64,000 nucleotides of DNA from positions 62,001 through 126,000 of the IMG/VR virus record IMGVR_UViG_3300007513_000001. One strand, written 5' to 3'. Below, piece after piece: positions 55,594-64,000 of this stretch (position 1 is the first letter of the stretch; each line of letters opens with the position of its first letter). Position numbers and translations under genes: made by a program. The notes beneath the pieces are model-generated. The model did no database searches. It saw nothing but the letters and a program-made list of their open reading frames with translations, and had not been told where the DNA came from.

Positions 55594-57441
55594 TTGTCAG
55601 TCGACTCTTCAAAAATAGTAGCCAAAACATCACAAAAATCTTATCTTGCAAAAGATTTCGTTGCTTTCAGACGAGATTTGATAAAGTATGCCAAAACTTT
55701 CTTTCCTGATAAGATTCAAGATTTTTCAGAAGCAAGCCTCGGAGGCCTTTTAGTCGAAATGGCTGCTTACGTTGGCGATACAATGTCGTTTTATTTAGAT
55801 TATCAGTTTAACGAGCTAAATCCGATTACTGCTATTGAGCCTTCTAATATCATAATGCATGCAAAAAATGCGGGGGTTCCAATCGCAGGCGCAGCACCCT
55901 CAGTTTGCACGCTAACGTTTTACATATCTGCCCCAGCTGAAATTTCTGATTCTGGCGATTATACGCCTGTAATATCCGCTCTTCCCATGATTAAAAAAGA
56001 AACTCAATTAAAATCTAATTCTGGAATCGTTTTTACTTTAGTAGAAGATTGTGATTTTGCAGAAACTGATGATTATGGAAATTTAATAGCGACGTATACT
56101 ACTTCAGAAGTAGACGACTCTAATAATCCGACAAGTTTTATCCTTACTAAAGAAGCAACAATTATATCTGGGAAAATTATAACTCAATCTTTTAAAATAC
56201 CCAACGTTCTTAAACCATTTAGAAAAATTACTTTATCTAATCAAGATGTAAGTCAAATTATTAGAGTAAAAGATTCAGAAAGAAACTTATATTATAAAGT
56301 AGAATCCTTAGCAGAAGATACCGTTTTTAAAGCAGTCCAAAATTTAGATGATGAAAAAAATCTTGTAACTTCTAATTTAGAAGTCATACCAGCACCGTAT
56401 CGATACGTAACTAACACCGATTTCAGAACTAGGATTACAACTATTCAGTTTGGCTCTGGAGACGCGAGCGCGCCAGATGACGACATTATTCCAGACCTTA
56501 GTGTTTTAGCTCTCCCACTTTACGGCACAACAACAATGCCTCGATTTTCTATAGATCCGAATGCTTTATTAAGAACCTCCACACTTGGAATAGCGCCAGT
56601 TAACACTTCAATTGAGGTCATGTATCGATATGGTGGAGGGTCCACTCACAACGTATCTGCAGAGTCTATTAGAACTATCAAATCTTTAGAGATTATGTTT
56701 CCAGAAAATCCGAGCTCTTCAGTTCAGGATTCTGTAATTCAATCTTTGGATGTTAAAAACTTAGTTCCCGCTTCCGGTGGAGCGCCTCCATTATCTATTG
56801 AAGGGCTCAAAGCTTTAATTCAATCAGCTAGAAACCAACAAGCTAGAATTGTTACGCAGCAAGATTTATTAGCTAGACTCTACACTCTTCCAAATACTTT
56901 TGGGAGAATTTTTAGAGCAGGAATTCACCATAACCCCGATAATCCACTGTCGTCTAATCTTTACATTATAGCTAGAGACGCTAATTTAAATTTAGTAATT
57001 GCTCCCGACGCTCTAAAAATAAATATTTCAAAATATCTCAACGAGTTCCGATTAGTTTCTGATGCGGTAGATATTTTAGATGCCACTGTTATAAATTATG
57101 GAGTTAATTTTTCTGTTGTTTGCTCACCAGATGCAAATAAAAGTACGGTTATCCAAAATGTGATAAATGCTATAAAAGAAGTTTCTGATATAAAATATTT
57201 TCAGATAGACCAGCCAATTGTAGAGAGCGATGTAATTAATGCGATTATTAATACAGACGGAGTTTTATCTTTAGTAGATTTAGAATTCATCAACTATTCA
57301 GGTACAGTGGGGGCTAATTCATACAGCGACTACGAGCATGATTTAGAAGAAAACAAGCATAAAGGCCTTTTCATCGGGCCAGAAGGCTGCATATTCGAAA
57401 TGAAGTATCCTGATTCTGTAATAATAGGAACGGCGCAATAG
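55594..57441 (+). CDS. Baseplate wedge protein, gp6/baseplate-J-like (TTG start)
   Basis: YLAKDF...LIKYAKTFFP...DFSEASLGGLLVEMAAYVGD.MSFYLD; IQFGSG; R.VT.QD. Confidence 0.85.
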   Translation: MSVDSSKIVAKTSQKSYLAKDFVAFRRDLIKYAKTFFPDKIQDFSEASLGGLLVEMAAYVGDTMSFYLDYQFNELNPITAIEPSNIIMHAKNAGVPIAGAAPSVCTLTFYISAPAEISDSGDYTPVISALPMIKKETQLKSNSGIVFTLVEDCDFAETDDYGNLIATYTTSEVDDSNNPTSFILTKEATIISGKIITQSFKIPNVLKPFRKITLSNQDVSQIIRVKDSERNLYYKVESLAEDTVFKAVQNLDDEKNLVTSNLEVIPAPYRYVTNTDFRTRITTIQFGSGDASAPDDDIIPDLSVLALPLYGTTTMPRFSIDPNALLRTSTLGIAPVNTSIEVMYRYGGGSTHNVSAESIRTIKSLEIMFPENPSSSVQDSVIQSLDVKNLVPASGGAPPLSIEGLKALIQSARNQQARIVTQQDLLARLYTLPNTFGRIFRAGIHHNPDNPLSSNLYIIARDANLNLVIAPDALKINISKYLNEFRLVSDAVDILDATVINYGVNFSVVCSPDANKSTVIQNVINAIKEVSDIKYFQIDQPIVESDVINAIINTDGVLSLVDLEFINYSGTVGANSYSDYEHDLEENKHKGLFIGPEGCIFEMKYPDSVIIGTAQ

Positions 57442-57448
57442 GAATAAA

Positions 57449-58984
57449 ATGTATTTAATTTTGACAGCTAGCAAAAGCACTTATATTACTAATAAAATAA
57501 TAGACAATAAGTTTAGAGCTACTGATGCGAATGTTGGAAGAGCCGGAACCTTAGACCTTTTTAAGCTATACAACGAGTCTTCTCTTTCTGGATCAAATTA
57601 CCCTATTGAGCTTTCTAGAATTCTTTTAAAGTTTAATTTCGACACCATTCAAAGCTTGACAGCTTCTAAATTAGACGTAAATTCTAATACATTTAGGGCT
57701 AGACTTAGACTGTTCGACGTTTACGCTGGACAAGGGGTGCCAAAAAACTTTAAAGCGATAGTGTATCCACTTTCAAAATCTTTCGACGAGGGTGTCGGAA
57801 GAGATGTAGCAGCATTTCAAGACATAGATGTTGCTAATTGGATAACCGCCTCTTATTCTAATAGCTCAGCCAATGTTTGGGAAGTTACGGGCGCTAACCA
57901 CGGTGGCCTACTTGGATCTACTGATATAGACTATATTTCTTCTGGGTCTTTGGGCTCTGGAGTAGTAGACCTTGGAAAAGTTCAGCTTTTCAAAAAAGGC
58001 AGCGAAGATTTAGATATTGATATTACTACTATAGTTTCTGGTGTATTGAGCGATCAAATACCGAATATGGGGCTCAGGATTTCTTTTAGTGGCTCTCAAG
58101 AAACGGATACGAAAACTAGATTTGTTAAGAGGTTTGGATCAAGACACGTGTCAGATCCATTTAAAGCTCCACAGCTTCATATTAGCTATGATGACAGTAT
58201 TATCGACCACCACGAAGACTTTATTTTTGACGTGAGTGGATCTATATTTTTAAATAATTTTCACCGGGGAACTCCTGCTAATATCTTATCTGGAACTGCT
58301 GCTTCCGAGCTTTCTGGCAATAACTGCATAATGCTTAGGTTAGAAAAACAAGATCTAGCTCTTTATTTTACCGGATCTCAACATACAGATGGCACTTCTA
58401 GCACTGGAGCTAAGGGTTTATATTCTGCTTCTTTCGCTGTTTCTTTAAACGAAGCTACAAAAGTTAACACTACTCAAAGATTATTAGACCTCGCGTACAA
58501 GAGCGGCTCTGTTGAATTTGACGAATATTGGACATCGATAGACGGAACAGTTGGGTATTATACAGGCAGCTTAGAAGTAAAGCTACCCTATAGAACATCT
58601 TACAATTATGCTCCAGCTGATTTATTTTTCCACTTTACCAATATGGAAAAATCTTATAACTCTTTAGATGTAGCTAAGCTCAATATTTTTATAAGAAATT
58701 TTGAAATAAAAGATAAAGCTAGTAAACTTCCGTATTCTAGAAAGAGTATAATTTTATCGCAAGTTTATTATAGGATAAGAAATCAGAGTACTGGTAAAAC
58801 AGTTATTCCTTTTGATTCATCTACCGGAGGCACTAAACTTTCTTCTAATAGCGGAGGATTAAGTTTTGAGCTCCGTTGTGAATCGCTCCCACGCGGCCAT
58901 GTATACGTAATAGATTTGTTAGTAAAAGACTTTGATCAAAATAGAATATATGAAGCAGCGAGCCCAAGCTTTAAGGTGAACTAA
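57449..58984 (+). CDS. Virion structural protein (SGS-rich)
   Basis: Position after baseplate J; beta-rich; 11 [S/T][G/A]S motifs. Confidence 0.6.
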   Translation: MYLILTASKSTYITNKIIDNKFRATDANVGRAGTLDLFKLYNESSLSGSNYPIELSRILLKFNFDTIQSLTASKLDVNSNTFRARLRLFDVYAGQGVPKNFKAIVYPLSKSFDEGVGRDVAAFQDIDVANWITASYSNSSANVWEVTGANHGGLLGSTDIDYISSGSLGSGVVDLGKVQLFKKGSEDLDIDITTIVSGVLSDQIPNMGLRISFSGSQETDTKTRFVKRFGSRHVSDPFKAPQLHISYDDSIIDHHEDFIFDVSGSIFLNNFHRGTPANILSGTAASELSGNNCIMLRLEKQDLALYFTGSQHTDGTSSTGAKGLYSASFAVSLNEATKVNTTQRLLDLAYKSGSVEFDEYWTSIDGTVGYYTGSLEVKLPYRTSYNYAPADLFFHFTNMEKSYNSLDVAKLNIFIRNFEIKDKASKLPYSRKSIILSQVYYRIRNQSTGKTVIPFDSSTGGTKLSSNSGGLSFELRCESLPRGHVYVIDLLVKDFDQNRIYEAASPSFKVN

Positions 58985-61900
58985 TGGCAAAACGCCCCAC
59001 AAGCTTTTTCACTAGGGGAGGTCTTTTTTCTCCTCGGCTTGTAACAAAAATAACAGAAGAAGATCCAACAGTTCTAAAGAAAGACACTGGGGATTTATCT
59101 GGGTCTTTAATTGGCGGAGATTCATTTGAGTTTGATGCTCCTGGCGCACCTTTAAAAAGCACGCAACAAATACCTTTAGATTGGTCTGATTTTGTTAATC
59201 ACACATTTTTTAATTCAGCCGAGTCAAAAGTAAACGTTACTTTTGATACAGTTATTAACTACTTTCCATTCGATGGAAAACAGGGCGACATTGATCTTTT
59301 TATGGAAAATCTCACGGGATTTGAAAAATGGGTATTTGATAAATGGCCAAAGCATCTGGGGTGGCTTTTCTTTTCGGGGTCTGATGACGGACCCCCAACA
59401 GAGGGAAGCTACATCAGAATAAAAGATACCGCGGGTATTCTTTATCCTTCGCTTTCTACGAGAAGAGACGCCGCAACTGTTTTAGACCCCGGAACAAAAA
59501 GCTTTTCAATAGAGTTTTATATTCATGTTCCGAATGAAGCCAATGGCAGGCAAGTTGTATTTCAAAAAATAAATGATCCCAATGGGGTGGCCTCGGTCGG
59601 TGGATACACTATCGGCTTATCGCCTAGCGCCCATTTAAAGAATACACAGCTGAAGTTCGGAATATCAAGCGGATCAACATCTCAAACAGTTACTGCACGC
59701 ATCCCTCGGGGTGGGTGGAGACACATCGCGTGTGTTTATGATAGAAATACGACTGACATACCACAGATGAGAATATATCTTTCTGGTAATTTAGTAGCTT
59801 CATCTTCAAACTCCGCAGCGATGGGATCTTTTGCGGGCGGCGCTAGCGATCTATTGATTGGTTCTGGGTCTAAGCATCTCTCGATCGGCTTTTGGCCAAA
59901 CCAAACTTTTTCTGGTTCCTTAGACGAAGTAAAAATATTCCAAGGGCTAAGAACTCAAAAACAGATTAAGACCGAAATGAGCGCTAGCGTACAGCCATCG
60001 CCGCAGCTAAAGGCTTATTTTAAGTTTAATGAAGCTACTGGTTCTTATCCAAACAACAATATAGTCCTCGATGCGTCAGGAAATTCTCTTCATTCTAGAA
60101 TAGAAAATTTTGATTATACGCTTCGGGACTTACGTGATCTAACTCGGCCTGTATTATACGAATACGAGTCAAAAAACCCAGTTTTATTCCCGGCACAACC
60201 CGATGTCGTAGCTCTTAATGTTGACTTATTATATTCTGCAAGTTTATATGATGCTAATAACCCAAACTTAATCACTAAGTTAATACCAGCACATTATTTA
60301 TTAGAAGCTTCAACAACAGAAGGCTACGATGACGAATATGCTGGTAGAGGCGACGCATATTCTTATACGAAAGATTTTCCAGGTGGCGGCAAGATGGGAT
60401 CACCGCAAATTATTGCATCTTTACTTTTTACTTGGGCAAAATTTTTCGATGAAATAAAAGTTTATATAGATCAATTTGGTGACTTGCTTAAAATGGATTA
60501 CGATAGCGAAGGCACAATTTCAGATCAAATGTTGCTGTTTTTTGCTAACCATTATGGGTTCGATCTTCCTACTAATTTTGCCAATGCTAATATAGCTCAG
60601 TTTCACTTTGGTAAAAATCTTAATTATGAGCCATCTCTTTCTCAAAAAACACTGAGAAGAATTCAGGATGAAATATGGCGTAGGATGCTCACAAACCTCA
60701 ATCACGTTATTAGATCCAAGGGGACAATGCATGGTATAAAAGCCTTGATGCGTGCTTCTGGCATAAATCCAGAAAGTAATTTTAGATTTAGGGAGTTCGG
60801 AGGATCTAAGACTGTAACTACCGCTGACTCTAGAAGAAAATTAACGCAAGTCTCAAAGATGCTCAGTTTAACTGGATCTTTTTCTTCTATTAAATCTCCA
60901 TTTTTGAGCGGTTCGAGAAATACTGTTGGCTGGCCAACTCCGCAAGGGACGTTCATGAAAACAGCCGCAGATATTAAAACTTATGGAATCCACGGAGTTT
61001 CTAACGCTAGAAGTGATGGATTGTTTACTACTGCGTCTTGGACTTATGAAGGAATATATTCATTTTCTAACTTAAATAGATCTACAACACCGCCCACTCA
61101 AAGCTTGATGAGAATGTATACAACCGGAGCTCATGTCTCTACTGCAAACGAGGGCTGTATCATGAATTTAGTGGCTTGTGGTACTGGATCTGGTCTTTAT
61201 GAATCAGGGTCAATAAATTTATTTGTTCGCTCAGGAAGAAATGCAGATTCTCCATTACTTCACTTATACGTTCACGGAGTTAATTTATTTGATGGAAACA
61301 AGTGGCATGTTTCAGCAGGAAGAGATATAGGAACTTCTACTGGTTCATATACTTCCGCTTCTTATTTTGTTAGGGCTGGTAGACAGAGTGGCGGAACGAT
61401 AGAAGAATATCATTACACATCTTCATATTGGAAAGCTGATGCGCCAATCCATGATGTTTTTAGCACATACTCAGAAGATTATAATTCTTCTGGATGTTTT
61501 TTCGTAGTTGGCTCTTCTTCTTTTAGCAATACTTCTGGCGATAGATTTCTAAATTCAACTTCAAAAGTTGGTAACAATCTAGCAAGAACTTCAGTTACTG
61601 CTGGTGAAACGGCAAGAATAAGGTTTTGGACTAAAGCTTTGACGCACAACGAAACAAAAGAGCACTTAAGAAACTTTAAGTCTTTGGGCGTCGAAAATCC
61701 ATTAGTAAATTTCAACTTTGATACAGTGGTTTCGGGTGCATTTGAAAGGTTAAGAATAGATGCGGGCATCGATCAAATAGTTACGAGATCAGGACCGACT
61801 GGAGAAATTGCTATTTTTGATTTTAGCCAAAACAAGATGCACCTCTCAGGAACACAGTTTGAGCCTTCTGTTAGAGTGATTCATCCGAGATATTTTCAAT

Positions 61901-62475
61901 TTTCAACTTTAGACCCTAAGTGGGACGAAAGATCTGCAGAAAACAAGATAAGAGTCCAAGGCTTTAAGAAAGACATAAACATAGAGCAGTTTAACGCCAT
62001 GAAAGCTCCTGTGAGTAAAGTCAGAGCTGAGAACGCGGCATTCGACGATACCAGGTTTAGTATTGAAGTTTCCGCTGTTCGAGCTTTAAATGAAGACATT
62101 GTTCTCATTATGTCTTCATTAGACTTTTTTAATAATGCTATCGGAAGTCCAGAGCTTCAGTTTGCTGTATCTTATCCCGAGTTAGAAAAAATGCGAAGGA
62201 TATATTTTAATAGGCTAGATAAAAAAATGAGTTTCAAACAACTGTTTGAATTCTTTAAATGGTTTGATGATTCTCTTTCAATCATGATTGAAAGGCTAGT
62301 ACCACGCCACACTAATTTCCTCGGCATTAACTTTGTAATAGAGTCTCATATGCTAGAAAGAAATAAGATGTGCTATGCATCTCAAGCTGCCGTATATCTC
62401 GGAGAAGAAGATAGAAGACAGCTACAGACTGATTTGCTGCTTAGACAAATTGTGATAAACTTGAGGAAGATGTAA
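58984..62475 (+). CDS. Large baseplate/tail protein with LamG-like jellyroll domains
   Basis: FSIEFYIH, WRHIACVYD, FSGSLDEVKIF (LamG); KGTMHGIKALMR (baseplate wedge-like); C-terminal GINFVIESH.LER. Confidence 0.7.
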   Translation: MAKRPTSFFTRGGLFSPRLVTKITEEDPTVLKKDTGDLSGSLIGGDSFEFDAPGAPLKSTQQIPLDWSDFVNHTFFNSAESKVNVTFDTVINYFPFDGKQGDIDLFMENLTGFEKWVFDKWPKHLGWLFFSGSDDGPPTEGSYIRIKDTAGILYPSLSTRRDAATVLDPGTKSFSIEFYIHVPNEANGRQVVFQKINDPNGVASVGGYTIGLSPSAHLKNTQLKFGISSGSTSQTVTARIPRGGWRHIACVYDRNTTDIPQMRIYLSGNLVASSSNSAAMGSFAGGASDLLIGSGSKHLSIGFWPNQTFSGSLDEVKIFQGLRTQKQIKTEMSASVQPSPQLKAYFKFNEATGSYPNNNIVLDASGNSLHSRIENFDYTLRDLRDLTRPVLYEYESKNPVLFPAQPDVVALNVDLLYSASLYDANNPNLITKLIPAHYLLEASTTEGYDDEYAGRGDAYSYTKDFPGGGKMGSPQIIASLLFTWAKFFDEIKVYIDQFGDLLKMDYDSEGTISDQMLLFFANHYGFDLPTNFANANIAQFHFGKNLNYEPSLSQKTLRRIQDEIWRRMLTNLNHVIRSKGTMHGIKALMRASGINPESNFRFREFGGSKTVTTADSRRKLTQVSKMLSLTGSFSSIKSPFLSGSRNTVGWPTPQGTFMKTAADIKTYGIHGVSNARSDGLFTTASWTYEGIYSFSNLNRSTTPPTQSLMRMYTTGAHVSTANEGCIMNLVACGTGSGLYESGSINLFVRSGRNADSPLLHLYVHGVNLFDGNKWHVSAGRDIGTSTGSYTSASYFVRAGRQSGGTIEEYHYTSSYWKADAPIHDVFSTYSEDYNSSGCFFVVGSSSFSNTSGDRFLNSTSKVGNNLARTSVTAGETARIRFWTKALTHNETKEHLRNFKSLGVENPLVNFNFDTVVSGAFERLRIDAGIDQIVTRSGPTGEIAIFDFSQNKMHLSGTQFEPSVRVIHPRYFQFSTLDPKWDERSAENKIRVQGFKKDINIEQFNAMKAPVSKVRAENAAFDDTRFSIEVSAVRALNEDIVLIMSSLDFFNNAIGSPELQFAVSYPELEKMRRIYFNRLDKKMSFKQLFEFFKWFDDSLSIMIERLVPRHTNFLGINFVIESHMLERNKMCYASQAAVYLGEEDRRQLQTDLLLRQIVINLRKM

Positions 62476-64000
62476 TGGCTAGTACTGTATATCCGCCACT
62501 AACAGCGTCTTACCCATTCGTCCAAGGATTAAATGTAAAGACTTTTAACATTTTCTCTCAACGACTCATCGGGACCGTGGGTAGAAACTCTAGATCTAAA
62601 ATAGTGTCTCTCAAGACAGTGGTTTCAAGTTCTACTAGAGGCCATAATTTACCCGCTGGAGGCTCTGGTTACAAGATAATAAACCAATCTATGCCTGGGT
62701 ATTTCGATGATTCTCTCTATTCGCAACAGGGAGTTACTGTAGAAAAAGGCTCGGGCCCAGCAACTAATTCTTATGTCACGATCGAAGTATTAACCGCTTC
62801 ATGGACGCAGACCGGCTCTCCATTTATTGAAATTCAGGTTTGGGATAATTCAAATCTTTCTTCTGGTGGAGCAGAAGAAATGACTCACGGAACTGGATCT
62901 GGTGGAACAGAAATCGATGGAGTACAAAGATGGACTAATGACTCTAGTGCATATACAGTTAATGACGGCATGTTTGGGGTGTATGGAAGCGAAACTGGGA
63001 CGGACGCGGGGTTCGGTGATGCACATAGGTACACCATAGGAACACCGGTATTTTGCATAACTGGAAGTGATGGAACAACAGTTACAGGCTCACAACATGT
63101 GGCGCAAGATTTATGGACTGTGCTGTCGGGAGCCGTGTATTATGGCAGGGATGGCTATGGTATACCAGGCTATTCTAGTGGATGGAATAATGGTCCGGTT
63201 TTCGAAATGGCCAGTCGCTGGTCTGGATTACCTTTAAATGTTGAATATGCACCAAACGGCTTAAGAAATGTAGTAAGAGTATCCGCAGCATCAGGCAGCA
63301 TTACAATTGGCATTACTTCTTCTTTTCCAGAAGATGCAATAAGAGTAACTTCTGTACCTGCTGGCACGGCCGAAGCATCATTTGCCTCCGAAGTAGGGAT
63401 CGCTTCCTTTTCAGAAACTGAAGGCTCTCTAACCTTTTTGCCACAGTATAATTTAGAAATTGCAAATTTTGGGTACGATCAACCAGAAACTTATGAACCA
63501 TTCGTAGAAAAAGTTTCTCTCCTCGGCCGTGGTTTGTCGGACGGAGGAGGCTTATTTACGAGTGTGGGATCTGGATCTGAAAAGGGCGCTGTTTCTGTAA
63601 GAGCTTCTCAAATGTTCGCTAAAAAATCGGACAATTATTCTGCTGGGGTAGCTAGCTCTAAACATCCCTTTGCCGAGAAGGAAGCTTTCCTGAGGACGAA
63701 ATTTAATAAAGCAGTAAATGTAGAGCATCCTGGAAAACTTTATCTTGTCAGTCAATTTATTTCTGGCGCAGAGTTAAACTATGGCACCGAAGGTTCACCA
63801 TCTTATTTTTATACAGAGGGATTAAAATTCTTTCATTACGATTATGATATAGCTCAAATACCGGGCAGTCGATATGATATAAAAAATAAATTCTATTGGA
63901 ATGGAATAATAGAGCCTTTGGACATAAGAAAAGAAATAACGGGCCTGCATACTTTTGTTGGCGATTTCTATGATCCAATTTCAAACACTCTTAAAGGGTC
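62475..64000 (+). CDS. Virion structural protein, 3'-truncated and absent from the supplied ORF track
   Basis: TAATG stop/start overlap at 62473-62477; hand translation (MASTVYPPLTASYPF...NGIIEPLDIR...) finds no stop in ~508 codons to the window end. Confidence 0.8.
   Translation, partial: MASTVYPPLTASYPFVQGLNVKTFNIFSQRLIGTVGRNSRSKIVSLKTVVSSSTRGHNLPAGGSGYKIINQSMPGYFDDSLYSQQGVTVEKGSGPATNSYVTIEVLTASWTQTGSPFIEIQVWDNSNLSSGGAEEMTHGTGSGGTEIDGVQRWTNDSSAYTVNDGMFGVYGSETGTDAGFGDAHRYTIGTPVFCITGSDGTTVTGSQHVAQDLWTVLSGAVYYGRDGYGIPGYSSGWNNGPVFEMASRWSGLPLNVEYAPNGLRNVVRVSAASGSITIGITSSFPEDAIRVTSVPAGTAEASFASEVGIASFSETEGSLTFLPQYNLEIANFGYDQPETYEPFVEKVSLLGRGLSDGGGLFTSVGSGSEKGAVSVRASQMFAKKSDNYSAGVASSKHPFAEKEAFLRTKFNKAVNVEHPGKLYLVSQFISGAELNYGTEGSPSYFYTEGLKFFHYDYDIAQIPGSRYDIKNKFYWNGIIEPLDIRKEITGLHTFVGDFYDPISNTLKG

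Noticed and set aside
743-63984. Numerous short minus-strand and nested ORFs in the track (e.g. 743-964, 2601-3157, 13199-13522, 16575-19289, 19867-20088, 63170-63984)
   Set aside because: They are antisense or out-of-frame shadows of long motif-bearing genes and have no recognisable domains. Only 13193-13444 is supported on the minus strand.
1-64000. Stop-codon reassignment as seen in some large phages
   Set aside because: Code 11 ORFs tile the window with short overlaps, and TAA, TAG and TGA all terminate full-length genes.

Overview
This is a ~64 kb, AT-rich, densely packed segment with every supported gene on the + strand except one. It most likely comes from a very large (jumbo/huge) contractile-tailed phage: it carries gp25-like and baseplate-J-like genes, a gp5/Vgr-like hub, a gp55-like sigma factor and large beta-rich virion proteins, and I see no ribosomal or cell-division housekeeping operons. 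Standard code 11 tiles the sequence cleanly. There are four blocks. (1) 1-14.8 kb is a host-physiology block: DinG-like helicase (5' truncated), HxGH cytidylyltransferase, a stand-alone RelA/SpoT-type HD hydrolase, a complete YeaH-SpoVR-YeaG(PrkA) trio, a GroEL-like protein lacking the GDGTTT motif, a YkuK RNase H-like protein, an Hc1-like protein, a 408-nt tmRNA (tag ANNNYHFEADRLAA), a membrane PAS protein, a tubulin/FtsZ-family GTPase, a minus-strand Cys-rich sigma-region-4 protein and a PIN-PhoH fusion. (2) 14.8-19.8 kb holds two small paralogous proteins and a 1463-aa repeat-built fibre-like protein, followed by a 233-bp intergenic stretch dense in palindromes and TCAGTA motifs. (3) 20.0-51.3 kb is a ~31-kb glycan island with about 11 glycosyltransferases, ADP-heptose enzymes, amino/formyl-sugar enzymes, a NeuA/NeuB/HAD/GT29 sialyltransferase module and a carbamoyltransferase. 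(4) 51.3-64 kb holds the sigma factor and baseplate/tail genes, ending in an ORF that runs off the window and is missing from the supplied track. The best candidates for undescribed systems are the phage-borne YeaG/YeaH/SpoVR trio with its alarmone hydrolase and tmRNA, and a self-contained virion glycosylation system whose acceptor may be the [S/T]-[G/A]-S motif enriched in particular virion proteins. All product calls come from motif recognition by eye; no database searches were run.
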